Positions 1 to 9,009 are shown, counted from the stretch's first letter. The stretch: DNA of 57,407 nt from Deltaproteobacteria bacterium (GCA_048634875.1 JAIVZN010000002.1:1-57407); one strand, 5' to 3'. The notes: a model not told the origin generated them from the sequence alone. Made by a program: numbers and translations.

Positions 1-323
1 GAAGAATGTTTCTTGATAACATCTTCCTTTGTTACATTATGCCAAATTTGAAAAATTTTTTTATTTTGTTCTACGCCTTGATGTAGAAATGTATCCATTT
101 CAAACGATGTCCAATTTTTATTTAAATATTCCGGTGAAATAATTAATATTCCCGATTTAGATTTATTTATGCCTTCTTCAATTGAATTTAATAATTTCTC
201 TCCCACTTTTAAACTTAACGGGGCATACCAGATATTGAAACCGTGGCTTTTAATAGCACCAGCAATTTCAGTTGCCAAAGCGTTATTTTCTTCAGCATAA
301 GATATAAATGTTTCATATTCCAT
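1..323 (-). CDS. TIR-domain protein; the 3' end runs off the left edge (first 107 codons visible)
   Basis: Hand translation of the reverse strand from the ATG at 323-321 gives MEYETFISYAEENNALATEIAGAIKSHGFNIWYAPLSLKVGEKLLNSIEEGINKSKSGILIISPEYLNKNWTSFEMDTFLHQGVEQNKKIFQIWHNVTKEDVIKKHS. It shows the FISYA start, a G..IW block, the IISPEYL..W..xE (candidate catalytic Glu) block and the KIFQIW block typical of bacterial TIR (TIR_2-like) domains. It is absent from the ORF track because no stop lies inside the window. Confidence 0.75.
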   Translation of the reverse strand, partial: MEYETFISYAEENNALATEIAGAIKSHGFNIWYAPLSLKVGEKLLNSIEEGINKSKSGILIISPEYLNKNWTSFEMDTFLHQGVEQNKKIFQIWHNVTKEDVIKKHS

Positions 324-379
324 TATTTATTTTTTTCTTATAACATTAATTATTAAGTAGATGATGTTATTTTGGAAAA

Positions 380-408
380 AATATACCATTATTTACGTGA
401 AATGTCAA
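380..408 (-). promoter_or_regulatory. Candidate sigma70-type promoter reading toward the TIR gene (Pc-like position)
   Basis: The minus strand reads TTGACA (403-408), a 17-nt spacer, then TATATT (380-385), about 57 nt upstream of the TIR ATG. Confidence 0.4.
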
Positions 409-447
409 TTAAAATGCGAAAAGAGATGCAAAATAATCCTTTTAGGC

Positions 448-476
448 TTGATTTTTCTGCTTTATGATGCTATTAT
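448..476 (+). promoter_or_regulatory. Candidate promoter for intI
   Basis: TTGATT (448-453), a 17-nt spacer, then TATTAT (471-476), about 45 nt upstream of the GTG start at 521. An ATGAT..ATCAT palindrome overlaps the -10. Confidence 0.3.
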
Positions 477-520
477 CATAATTAAATAGATTCTGCATAA
501 TAATAGGTTTGTATTAACAA

Positions 521-1771
521 GTGCGTATTTCCATAAAAAAATTTGAAGAATATCTAAAATCGGTGAGGATAGTTCCAGGAAACAGGATACCGTATTATGT
601 GAGCTGGGTATCCAGGTTTTTTGAATATCTTGGTAAGGAAAATGATGCTTCTGTTAATGCGAATGAGATAGATAAATTTACTCACGAACTGGGCAAAACA
701 TACGAAGAGTGGCAAGTAAATCAGGCAAGAGATGCCATTCGTCTTTATCTTTTCTTCCGCTTGAAGAAATCTAAGACGAATGCTCTCTGGAGTAAAGAGG
801 CTGATAAACAATGGGAAGAAACCAGCGATATGATGGTAAAAGCGCTGCGGTTGCGTCACCGCTCACTGAGTACGGAGAGAACATATCTGGGCTGGGTGAA
901 ACAGTTCCACGCATACCTGAAAGGACTTTCCCCGTATCATCTGGAGAAATCGAACTTTGAGAATTTTATAAGCTACTTGGCAGTTGAGCGGAAAGTCTCC
1001 GCATCAACGCAAAATCAGGCATTTAACGCGATTCTATTCTTCTACCGACACGTACTGGACAAGGAAGTTGGTGAAGTAAAGGGCGCGGTGCGTGCGAAAT
1101 ATAATCGCAGACTCCCGGTTGTGCTTACCAAAAAGGAAATCAATCAAATTTTTGAACAGCTTGATAAAAACGCCCTGTTAATGTGTAGACTCATCTACGG
1201 TTGCGGTCTACGTCTGAAAGAGTGCCTAACTCTCCGGGTGAAAGACATCGATTTTGGACTGAATTGTGTAATCGTCCGTTCGGGAAAAGGTGATAAGGAC
1301 CGCCAGACAGTGCTCCCTGAGAGTCTAAAGAATGAGCTTCAAGAACATTTGGAGAAAGTCCGTGCATTATATGAGAGCGATAGGTCTGATGGTCTTCCAG
1401 GTGTATGTCTGCCGAACGCACTCAATCGAAAATACCCAAACGCTGGCAAAGAGTGGGCATGGCAATGGGTATTCCCGGCACATTCAATCTCAATTGATCC
1501 AATAACTAAGGTCATACGTCGTCATCATGTTCATCCGAGTTCACTGCAGAAGAATTTCAAGCAAGCAGTAATGAGCGCAGAAATTACCAAACGCGCGACG
1601 ATTCACACTCTGCGCCATAGCTTTGCAACGCATCTTCTTGAAGAAGGATATGATATACGAACCATTCAGGAGTTGTTGGGTCATGCAAACCTCCAGACAA
1701 CAATGATATATACACACATAGCCCGGAAAAACAAAATTGGGGTCAAAAGCCCACTTGATAGTTTACAGTAA
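521..1771 (+). CDS. intI: Integron integrase (IntI-type tyrosine recombinase) with an N-terminal extension
   Basis: It aligns by eye to IntI1 across the IntI-specific insertion (LPNALNRKYPNAGKEWAWQWVFP...IRRHHVH). Catalytic residues are present: GLRLKE (Arg), GKGDKDR (Lys), HTLRHSFATHLLE (His-x-x-Arg), LLGH and MIYTHI (Tyr). The start is GTG. The gene is visibly more G+C-rich than its neighbours. Confidence 0.9.
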   Translation: MRISIKKFEEYLKSVRIVPGNRIPYYVSWVSRFFEYLGKENDASVNANEIDKFTHELGKTYEEWQVNQARDAIRLYLFFRLKKSKTNALWSKEADKQWEETSDMMVKALRLRHRSLSTERTYLGWVKQFHAYLKGLSPYHLEKSNFENFISYLAVERKVSASTQNQAFNAILFFYRHVLDKEVGEVKGAVRAKYNRRLPVVLTKKEINQIFEQLDKNALLMCRLIYGCGLRLKECLTLRVKDIDFGLNCVIVRSGKGDKDRQTVLPESLKNELQEHLEKVRALYESDRSDGLPGVCLPNALNRKYPNAGKEWAWQWVFPAHSISIDPITKVIRRHHVHPSSLQKNFKQAVMSAEITKRATIHTLRHSFATHLLEEGYDIRTIQELLGHANLQTTMIYTHIARKNKIGVKSPLDSLQ

Positions 1772-1805
1772 AAACAGTATGAAATGGGGACGTGATTTTT
1801 AAAAT

Positions 1806-1982
1806 TTAACTAATACCCCCCAACTTTCCTAAATATTTTTCCTTCAATTTATCTCCCTGTCTCCATACAGCATATTTATACTTACCCTGGCGGATCCTGA
1901 CATGGCCAGGGTAGTACTCTTCCCCGCTTACAACAATAACTTTCCCGGATTCATCATTAACATAAAAAATATTATCGACCAT
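1806..1982 (-). CDS. Small hypothetical ORF (58 aa)
   Basis: Hand translation gives MVDNIFYVNDESGKVIVVSGEEYYPGHVRIRQGKYKYAVWRQGDKLKEKYLGKLGGIS. It falls below the ORF-track length cut-off, and no clear RBS was seen. Confidence 0.2.
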   Translation of the reverse strand: MVDNIFYVNDESGKVIVVSGEEYYPGHVRIRQGKYKYAVWRQGDKLKEKYLGKLGGIS

Positions 1983-2072
1983 CCCGGTAAAATCCTGGGG
2001 TAATTTTCCCCTAAATGTTTAAATATACTCATCTCTGGAAATTAACTGCATTTTGAAGACACTTTTAAAATA

Positions 2073-2411
2073 TCAGCTTTCTCTTTTTTTGACTACTTTA
2101 ATTTTTAAATTTTTTTTCGCTTTATCAAAAATGATTAAATTATTCCCTTCAATCTTTACAGTTCCTATTATTTGAGTGACATATTGACTACTTTTGACTT
2201 TCTTTTCTCTTTCTGCTATACAGATTTCCGGAGAATCCCCAAGATAAAGAACCCCAAATTCCCCCTGAGTATTATATCTTCCACCATAAGCATAACTTCC
2301 CTTAGTGCTTAACATCTCATTTGAATGTTTTTTGGAAACCAGGCGATAAAACTCTCCGATAATATTCTTAGCTGCAATCTTATTTAATTTGTCTTTTAAA
2401 GAACCAGACAC
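2073..2411 (-). CDS. RES-domain toxin-like protein, apparently C-terminally truncated
   Basis: The GGRYNTQGEFGVLYLGDSPEICIAE block matches the RES-domain GGRWN..G..hYh..s...a.aE signature (Arg and Glu). The protein is only 112 aa, and the downstream Ser-containing part of RES is not visible. It lies directly downstream of an Xre/DUF2384-type antitoxin gene. Confidence 0.6.
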   Translation of the reverse strand: MSGSLKDKLNKIAAKNIIGEFYRLVSKKHSNEMLSTKGSYAYGGRYNTQGEFGVLYLGDSPEICIAEREKKVKSSQYVTQIIGTVKIEGNNLIIFDKAKKNLKIKVVKKRES

Positions 2412-2416
2412 TTAAT

Positions 2417-2802
2417 TTAAGTAGGAATTCCCCATTCAATTTTTCCCAATAATCTTTCCACTTCCATAACTCCGGCAAATCCCTGTTCCATTGTTTCTAT
2501 TGGTGTTTTATTCCCCAGCGCTTCGTTGGGAGTTCTTAACCACTCTCCCTTTTTTTCTTCTTTTATAACTCCATTCATTTTTTCGAAGATTCGATGTAAT
2601 TCTCTAATTCTTCTTAAATCCAGTTCGTGAGGAATATTCTCTCCGTTTTCCCATCTAGCAATAGTTCTTGTACTAACACCAATTATATGGGCCATCTTTT
2701 CCTGGGAACAATTAAGTTCTTCTCTTAAATAATGAGTCTCTTTATCAATTCTTTTAATTGATAATGAGTCTCTTTATCAATTCTTTTAATTGCTACAGTC
2801 AT
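2417..2802 (-). pseudogene. Xre-family / DUF2384-type antitoxin gene disrupted by a 32-bp tandem duplication
   Basis: An ATG at 2802 has a GGAGG 8 nt upstream and reads MTVAIKRIDKETHY, then shifts frame inside the duplicated unit and stops at 2725-2727. The track ORF 2417..2695 (MAHIIGVSTRTIARWENG...) is the remainder in another frame. Removing one 32-bp copy restores a 117-aa ORF with a complete HTH (LREELNCSQEKMAHIIGVSTRTIARWENG). Confidence 0.7.
2729..2792. repeat. Perfect 32-bp tandem duplication (2 copies)
   Basis: The unit ataatgagtctctttatcaattcttttaattg occurs at 2729-2760 and again at 2761-2792. Confidence 0.9.
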
Positions 2803-2826
2803 AGTAAAAACCTCCTTCTATAATAA

Positions 2827-2854
2827 AGTATAACATAAATATAACATTTGTCAA
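2827..2854 (-). promoter_or_regulatory. Candidate promoter/operator of the Xre-RES operon
   Basis: The minus strand reads TTGACA (2849-2854), a 16-nt spacer, then TATACT (2827-2832). The spacer contains the direct repeat ATGTTATA-ttt-ATGTTATA, a possible antitoxin operator. Confidence 0.4.
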
Positions 2855-3152
2855 GACATTTGTCTGATTGTAAAAGTTTTCTCGTCTATTATTTCTATTT
2901 CTTTTTTAAAATCTTCCATTGATAATTTTAAGTATGTCATTGTTTAATTTCTAATTATGTAACTTATAAAATATTCTAAATCGCAATAAGAAAACTCCTC
3001 CAATAAAAGATATGCAAAAGATGAAATCTACATTCGTAATAAAAATCTCTTGAGGAAACAATGCTCTAAGGTTAAAAAATTTTAATCCATTTTTTTTCAT
3101 TAGAATCTAAGAATTCCACATAAAAACACCAAGCTTTGCCACTACTATATCT

Positions 3153-4097
3153 TCAAAGGGAAAAAGAAATAGTAATTCTGTGAGTATCACCAAGAGAGCC
3201 AAAAGGAGCAAAAGAATAATCAAGCCTTAATCCCCAGTATCTCAAACCAAACCCGCCGGCAAAACCAACTGCTTCTCCAAGGCTATCTATATCATATCCA
3301 TATTTATAGCCGGCGCGGAAAGCTACAATCTCTTTTATCCAGTATTCAGCTCCCATAGATACATAGAGAAGCTCGTCAATAATATATTCATTTATGTCGC
3401 AGGCTACAGTTAAACCGTCTAACGGCTTATATGCAGCGCCGGCTTTAAGGTTTAAAGGCAGCGGATCCGCTTCATCTTTAAATTTTACAGCCATTCCAAT
3501 ATTTTGTATGCTGAGCGCTAATGAGAGTTTTTCATTTACAGAATAATAACCACCTGCATCTAACATTACAGAAAACGCGCTTTCCTCATCAATAGTCTGA
3601 TAGATAAATCTTAAGTTTCCGCCAATATCTAAATTCTTTAAAACTGCAGGAACCGCATTTTGCACAGCATAGCAAAGAGAAATCGCTGTATCCATTGCGC
3701 CAAATGTGGGAGGCGAAGATGTTCCGTCCTTGTCATCTACATCCTCAGTACCTCTTTTTTCAATATCTGTAACTCCAAGATAATTTATACCAACTCCAAA
3801 GACACCCTTTCTTAGAGGCATGACCCCGGACAGGCTGCCATAATTAATTGACTGGAAATATTTTAAGTATGTTCCTGAGATTTCTTTATCTTTCAGGTGC
3901 GCAATTCCTGCAGGGTTATAAAATATAGCACTACTATCGTCCGAAACAGCGGAATACGCACCTCCCATGCCAATGGGCCGGGCAGAAGGGTCTATTTTTA
4001 AGAACTGCGCGCCTGTTGTGCCCACGCCTCCTGAATGAGAAATTCCAACTACCCCGGAAACCACCATTATTGCAAGGATTAAATTTAACTTCTTCAT
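3153..4097 (-). CDS. PorV/PorQ-family outer-membrane beta-barrel (T9SS-associated)
   Basis: It has a signal peptide, and an N-terminal GTTGAQFLKIDPSARPIGMGGAYSAVSDDSSAIFYNPAGIA motif characteristic of the PorV/PorQ family. A GGAGG RBS precedes the start. Confidence 0.75.
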   Translation of the reverse strand: MKKLNLILAIMVVSGVVGISHSGGVGTTGAQFLKIDPSARPIGMGGAYSAVSDDSSAIFYNPAGIAHLKDKEISGTYLKYFQSINYGSLSGVMPLRKGVFGVGINYLGVTDIEKRGTEDVDDKDGTSSPPTFGAMDTAISLCYAVQNAVPAVLKNLDIGGNLRFIYQTIDEESAFSVMLDAGGYYSVNEKLSLALSIQNIGMAVKFKDEADPLPLNLKAGAAYKPLDGLTVACDINEYIIDELLYVSMGAEYWIKEIVAFRAGYKYGYDIDSLGEAVGFAGGFGLRYWGLRLDYSFAPFGSLGDTHRITISFSL

Positions 4098-4107
4098 ATC
4101 ATCCTCC

Positions 4108-4170
4108 TCTAAGTTATAAGTTACGGATTACAAATTATAAGTTAACTTATAACCTATAATTTATAACTTA
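4108..4170. repeat. Heptad-built imperfect hairpin, TTATAAG family (copy 1)
   Basis: The sequence is taagttataagttacggattacaaattataagtt|aacttataacctataatttataactta, with a perfect 9+9 palindrome at its centre (4135-4152). It fills the spacer between the giant gene and porV. Confidence 0.7.
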
Positions 4171-7100
4171 CTTAACTATTGCCATCTTTAATGCTTCATC
4201 CATTACAGTATCACCATTAACTTTAGGAATTAATAAATATACACCGCTGGCGCATTTCTCACCGCCATCATTTCTTCCATCCCACCCGGCAAAATAAATA
4301 TATCCGCCATCGCGGGTTTCTTCATTTATTGTTCGGACAAGTTCTCCTGCAATATTGTAAATATAAAACTCAATGTCAGCATTGCTGTCGTATTTTGCAG
4401 GAACATAGTATTTAAGCACTGTTCCTTCTATGGTCTGGGAAGCAGATAAACTGCCATGGTTCTTAAGAGTAACAGTTTTTTCACTTGAATTAAACGGGTT
4501 AGGGAAATTGTATATTCTGAATTTATCGCCTGAATAGCTGTCAGGCCCTGTCTGTTCATAAGGTATTCCGTAAAAAACAGCAAATTTTCCGCTTTGAGTT
4601 ATGGATTGAGCTGAAAAACTACCTCCTGCATCAGCCGAATTTAAATTAGATACTTCAATTGAAACAGTTCCATTTATAGGGTCAATTGTAGTTACTCCTT
4701 CTACAGGTTCCCATTTTTCTAACGATTCATTAAACCGCCTTATATTGACCTTTGAATAAACTTCGCCTATTTTTGCCCTGTCATAAGAAAGATTTAAGGT
4801 TATATTTTTATTTTCATTTATATCAGTATTCTCTAATTTAACCTCATATATTTCACTTATTATATCCTGAATCTCGCCGACTATACTCTCTTTAGAAAAA
4901 ATTAATGAAGCAAAACCGCCAATAGCGCATATTTCAACATCAGCTACTTTTTTACCTGCTGCATCAAAGGCGGATACTATTCCAGCGCTTCCCGGAGCGC
5001 TGATTTCCCGGATAGCGCCAACAGGAATTGTAATATAAGATGAATCTTCGCCTGTGTCGTCAAGTTCAATATCTCCGCCTTTTGCAAAAAATTCATCTAA
5101 TTTAATTTCAACTTTTGTTTTTTTCTTTAAGCTGAAATTAATTTCTGTTGGTTTATAACCATCAAGGTTGCCAACTCCAACATCTATATCAGATGCTTTA
5201 ACCCAGAGAGTGTAATCCTTATCGTCAGATACAGGAATAGAGCATCTCCATATATTTTCTGCGGTAATAGTGGATATGGAGACATCGTGTGCTGTCGAAG
5301 CATCAAAAGATGCGCCTTCTGAATACTTTACATCCGGCGGTAAATATTCCAGCGGCTTAACTGATTCAATATTAAAGGTTACTGAACTTCCACTCACTTT
5401 ATAATTAACATTAAAATCAGGCAGTATATCTGAAAGAACTAAATTATAGCCTGATATTTCTTCACAAGCAGTATGTTCAACTGCATACACTCTCTTTCCG
5501 GGAGCTATAACCCATACCCTGTATTTATGCCCGGTAATCAGGCCGTTAATTTCATAATAACCATTAGAATCACTTATTGCCTGATAAAGCCCGAGAACTT
5601 CATCAGTTGAGTCAATGTCATATGCAACTATTCTTGCTCCTTCATATACTTTAGGGCTTGGAAAATATTGCGAATACACCAGGCCGGATATTGTTTCTTT
5701 TCCTTCAGTTAAACTTATATCCTTAGTATATGTCTTATACTGAGTCATATTAACAGTTACAACTTTTAACGCATAACCTGCTCTTGACGCCTCAATTTGA
5801 TAGTACCCTTTTTCAAGTCCTTTTACTTTATAATTTCCTGAGAAATTGCTGGTAATATTTTTTTCAATTCCTTTTTTCTTAATTATAATTGATGCGCCGG
5901 CAACTAAGTTTCCGCCTGAACTTACCGAACCTGTAATTGTTGCTCCTTCGCCGGCAGACTCGTCAAAGTTTATATTGAATGTTTTTGTTTTTCCCTGCTC
6001 AATATATATCCGGGTTGCATATCTGGGATAATTTGGACTGTATGCAGTTGCCGTATAATTTCCAGGGCGCAGAAACTTAAACTTGTAAGAAGGAGGATAA
6101 TTAATCAGCGCATTTTTTAGCGCAGCTAAATCTCCTTTTTGCGCTGCTTCAATATAAGCTTCTTCTGCATCTATTGTAGCAGGAGGCATTAAAATAGAAA
6201 TTGCAGCAAGTTCTCCTGTATCATTATTATGAAGCATTATATAAGGAATAAGGTTAAAGAATTCATCAAAGTTATTTTTAATTACAAGCATATTTTCCGG
6301 AGTAAATATTTTACTGCCAACAATTGTTCCTCTTAGAACAGTATCAGCGCTCCCTATTACAGCTTTAGGTAAACCAACCAACTGAGTTGTTCCTTCCATT
6401 AATGATTCATCTATAGTTATTCCTTTTTTACAACTAAAAAATATACCCATTGGATTACCAATCCCTGCTTCTGGAGAGTATTCTCTTATTGCACCTGTAT
6501 AAAAATTATATTTACCTGAAGGGACTTTTGAAGGCAACCATCCATCAACAGGATGCCACCCCAAGCCAATTTCCGGCTCATCCATTATTACTTTCTTAAG
6601 ATTATCCGGATTAAGCTTTTCTCCTGCTTTAACACCCATTATACCAATATAGGAATTTTCATCAGCATCAACAAAATATGTTGTTGCTCCGGAAGTTAAA
6701 ACACTATCCATATTTGCATCAGGTAAAACATTTATTATATCTCTTAAATGAATTACAACATTTACTGGTTTTGTTGAAGCCTTTACAGCAACATTATCTA
6801 ATATTCCATCTGTCCATTCTACTAAAATGTTCGTACTCGTAGATTTGGTTATCAGGCAGTATGTTCCTGGAAGCAATCCTTTAATAGAGAATGTCCCGTC
6901 CTTATAAACCTTACCAACACTTAATGAATTAATGCTTTTACCTTTTGCTAATATACCCATTATTAAATATTTATCTTGTTCATATACAGGTTTAAATATC
7001 TCTCCATTTGGCTTTTTTACAATTCCTTTAATTGCGCCTGCTGATGTAACTAAAATTTCAGGTAAAACATAAGTAGTAAGTTCAGGTATTGTTAAATCAG

Positions 7101-9009
7101 CTCTTAAATTTTTTAATCCCTCTGGTAATATCACTCCATATTTTGAACCATTAATTTCAACACGGTATTTTTTATTATTTTCAACATTTAATTCAAATGG
7201 AAAGCTTGTTACTGGACCCTTTATTGATTTAAAATCAGTGTAAGGATCATCTTTATAACAATACACAACTGTTACTGTACTTCCCGGTGAAGGCTGATAC
7301 ATTGCTCCGGCTTGCCACCAGAGTTCCCCATTATCCCAGTCAGTCCACCACATGCCAATTGTTTCTAATGCACCGCCCATCTGTCCTGGAGTTGAACCGT
7401 TCACTGAAAAAATATCTTCTGTTCTTACCTGCTTATGATTCAGTGACACATATGTATCAGGGCCATCCATCATAACAGGTAATTCAAAATCAGCAGTAAA
7501 AGGAAAACGCTTAAAATCTTCCCAGTACTCATGCGCAATTACTGTAATCGGCCACTCAGGTTCAATACCTGTTCCGGATATAAGTTTAATTATTCCTGTA
7601 ATTTTTGCCGGTTGCACAGGTGTCTCATATGGTATATTTACTACAACATAAGTAGATATAACTGTTCCTGACGACGAAAAAACTGTACAGGAACTAAAAA
7701 AAACAGTAACTCTTAAATCATCTCCCTGAGAATCATGGTCTGATTCTCCAGTTGGCAATGTTTCGCCGGGAGTCGGCTCACTTTTACCTGTTTCCCCTGT
7801 ATTATATGTATAAATTCCTTCCTTATAAAAATCAGAGAAAACATCTAAAATATAGTTACCTGGCGCAAGTCCTGTAATCTTAAATTTTCCATCCCTTGAG
7901 TAATAGTCACCCCAGCCTTTTCCTAAATTACTAACCGCAGGTGTGTTTGTATCACCATCAACATCCCAGAAAGATTCATCTCCCCATACATTGACCTTAC
8001 TATTTGGAACTAAACTGCCCCCCATCCTGATTTCACCGGAAATTTTTCCTACAACTTCTTCAAGTGCTGAAAAGGAAAAAATATGCGTATAAGTAGCTGA
8101 AGCAATATAGTATTCTTCTTTTCTTCCTTCATAACCCTGAGCATTTATCAGGAATGTATAAGTATCAGGAGGCACAAAATAATCAACATAAATTCCATAA
8201 TATCCATTTTTGTCAGTCTTTGTGAAAAATCTATTTTCAAAATTGTTCCACACCTCCACGCCTGCATCTACAATGGCGTCTCCACCTGCATCTGTTACAA
8301 TGCCTTTAAAAAGCAAATCTCCTGTTGTCTCTGTCCACTGTAACTCTGGCGGCATTGCTTCAGGACCTGTAAAATCAGCTAAAGGTTCTTCTGTTAACTC
8401 AAATCCTTTATCAACTGCTAAATTTAATTTTGGAGAAAAAACATAAATCATATATCCTTCTCCTAAATTATCAGGAACATTATCAATGTAAATATAAGAA
8501 GTTGTAGAAGCTGCATAAACCACACCAAAAGCAATTTCATCTTTCATCTCCGTATGTGAAATACCTCCGGTAACAATTGTTGGTGCAGAACCGGCAGGTA
8601 AAACAATTTCTGCTTTTATCCGTGTCACATTTTCAAGACCGGGTTTTAAATTTATCTTTCTCTCAATAGTTCCAGTTGTATCACCTTTAACAGGCGCAAA
8701 TGCTTCCCCTGTAACTCCTGCAAATTGATTCTTAATAGTAGGAAAACAACCTTGACTTGAAACAATAAGAAAGTAGTCATTTTTCACATTATTAAGTGTA
8801 AAACTTATTGTTCCGCCAGATGCAGTATATTCTGTCTGTGTTACATTTTCATCAATCTGACCAGTAGATGTAGAAAAATATACTGCTACTACCTGCACTC
8901 CTTCTGTTAGAGTTCCATCAACACGAACTTCAACATTTAAAGTAAATGTCATTGCACTACCCACTGCAAATAATATAACAGCAATAGTACTTAAATATTT
9001 TTTATTCAT
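4168..9009 (-). CDS. Giant secreted surface protein (1613 aa) with CarboxypepD_reg-like repeats and a T9SS-type/FlgD-Ig-like C-terminal sorting domain
   Basis: It has an N-terminal signal/anchor. It contains repeated ...G.V....G..V.GA.V......T.S...G.Y.I..L..G.Y... beta-sandwich modules. The C-terminus is FRIYNFPNPFN...IEFYIYNIAGELVRTI...WDGRNDGGEKCASGVYLL. Confidence 0.8.
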   Translation of the reverse strand: MNKKYLSTIAVILFAVGSAMTFTLNVEVRVDGTLTEGVQVVAVYFSTSTGQIDENVTQTEYTASGGTISFTLNNVKNDYFLIVSSQGCFPTIKNQFAGVTGEAFAPVKGDTTGTIERKINLKPGLENVTRIKAEIVLPAGSAPTIVTGGISHTEMKDEIAFGVVYAASTTSYIYIDNVPDNLGEGYMIYVFSPKLNLAVDKGFELTEEPLADFTGPEAMPPELQWTETTGDLLFKGIVTDAGGDAIVDAGVEVWNNFENRFFTKTDKNGYYGIYVDYFVPPDTYTFLINAQGYEGRKEEYYIASATYTHIFSFSALEEVVGKISGEIRMGGSLVPNSKVNVWGDESFWDVDGDTNTPAVSNLGKGWGDYYSRDGKFKITGLAPGNYILDVFSDFYKEGIYTYNTGETGKSEPTPGETLPTGESDHDSQGDDLRVTVFFSSCTVFSSSGTVISTYVVVNIPYETPVQPAKITGIIKLISGTGIEPEWPITVIAHEYWEDFKRFPFTADFELPVMMDGPDTYVSLNHKQVRTEDIFSVNGSTPGQMGGALETIGMWWTDWDNGELWWQAGAMYQPSPGSTVTVVYCYKDDPYTDFKSIKGPVTSFPFELNVENNKKYRVEINGSKYGVILPEGLKNLRADLTIPELTTYVLPEILVTSAGAIKGIVKKPNGEIFKPVYEQDKYLIMGILAKGKSINSLSVGKVYKDGTFSIKGLLPGTYCLITKSTSTNILVEWTDGILDNVAVKASTKPVNVVIHLRDIINVLPDANMDSVLTSGATTYFVDADENSYIGIMGVKAGEKLNPDNLKKVIMDEPEIGLGWHPVDGWLPSKVPSGKYNFYTGAIREYSPEAGIGNPMGIFFSCKKGITIDESLMEGTTQLVGLPKAVIGSADTVLRGTIVGSKIFTPENMLVIKNNFDEFFNLIPYIMLHNNDTGELAAISILMPPATIDAEEAYIEAAQKGDLAALKNALINYPPSYKFKFLRPGNYTATAYSPNYPRYATRIYIEQGKTKTFNINFDESAGEGATITGSVSSGGNLVAGASIIIKKKGIEKNITSNFSGNYKVKGLEKGYYQIEASRAGYALKVVTVNMTQYKTYTKDISLTEGKETISGLVYSQYFPSPKVYEGARIVAYDIDSTDEVLGLYQAISDSNGYYEINGLITGHKYRVWVIAPGKRVYAVEHTACEEISGYNLVLSDILPDFNVNYKVSGSSVTFNIESVKPLEYLPPDVKYSEGASFDASTAHDVSISTITAENIWRCSIPVSDDKDYTLWVKASDIDVGVGNLDGYKPTEINFSLKKKTKVEIKLDEFFAKGGDIELDDTGEDSSYITIPVGAIREISAPGSAGIVSAFDAAGKKVADVEICAIGGFASLIFSKESIVGEIQDIISEIYEVKLENTDINENKNITLNLSYDRAKIGEVYSKVNIRRFNESLEKWEPVEGVTTIDPINGTVSIEVSNLNSADAGGSFSAQSITQSGKFAVFYGIPYEQTGPDSYSGDKFRIYNFPNPFNSSEKTVTLKNHGSLSASQTIEGTVLKYYVPAKYDSNADIEFYIYNIAGELVRTINEETRDGGYIYFAGWDGRNDGGEKCASGVYLLIPKVNGDTVMDEALKMAIVK

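Noticed and set aside
324-520. Search for an attI core (GTTRRRY on the cassette strand) between intI and the TIR gene
   Set aside because: Only imperfect candidates were seen (GTTAATA near 511-517, GTTATAA near 338-344). Neither fits RRRY, so no attI call was made.
2850-2939. 29-aa minus-strand ORF (MTYLKLSMEDFKKEIEIIDEKTFTIRQMS) upstream of the TA promoter
   Set aside because: It is too short, has no RBS, and overlaps the predicted -35. It is treated as noise or a gene remnant.
1772-3152. Possibility that the genes downstream of intI (small ORF, RES, Xre) are integron cassettes with attC sites
   Set aside because: They lie at the 3' side of intI, which is the wrong side for a canonical array. 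I could not find R''/L''-L'/R' type imperfect palindromes ending in GTTRRRY.
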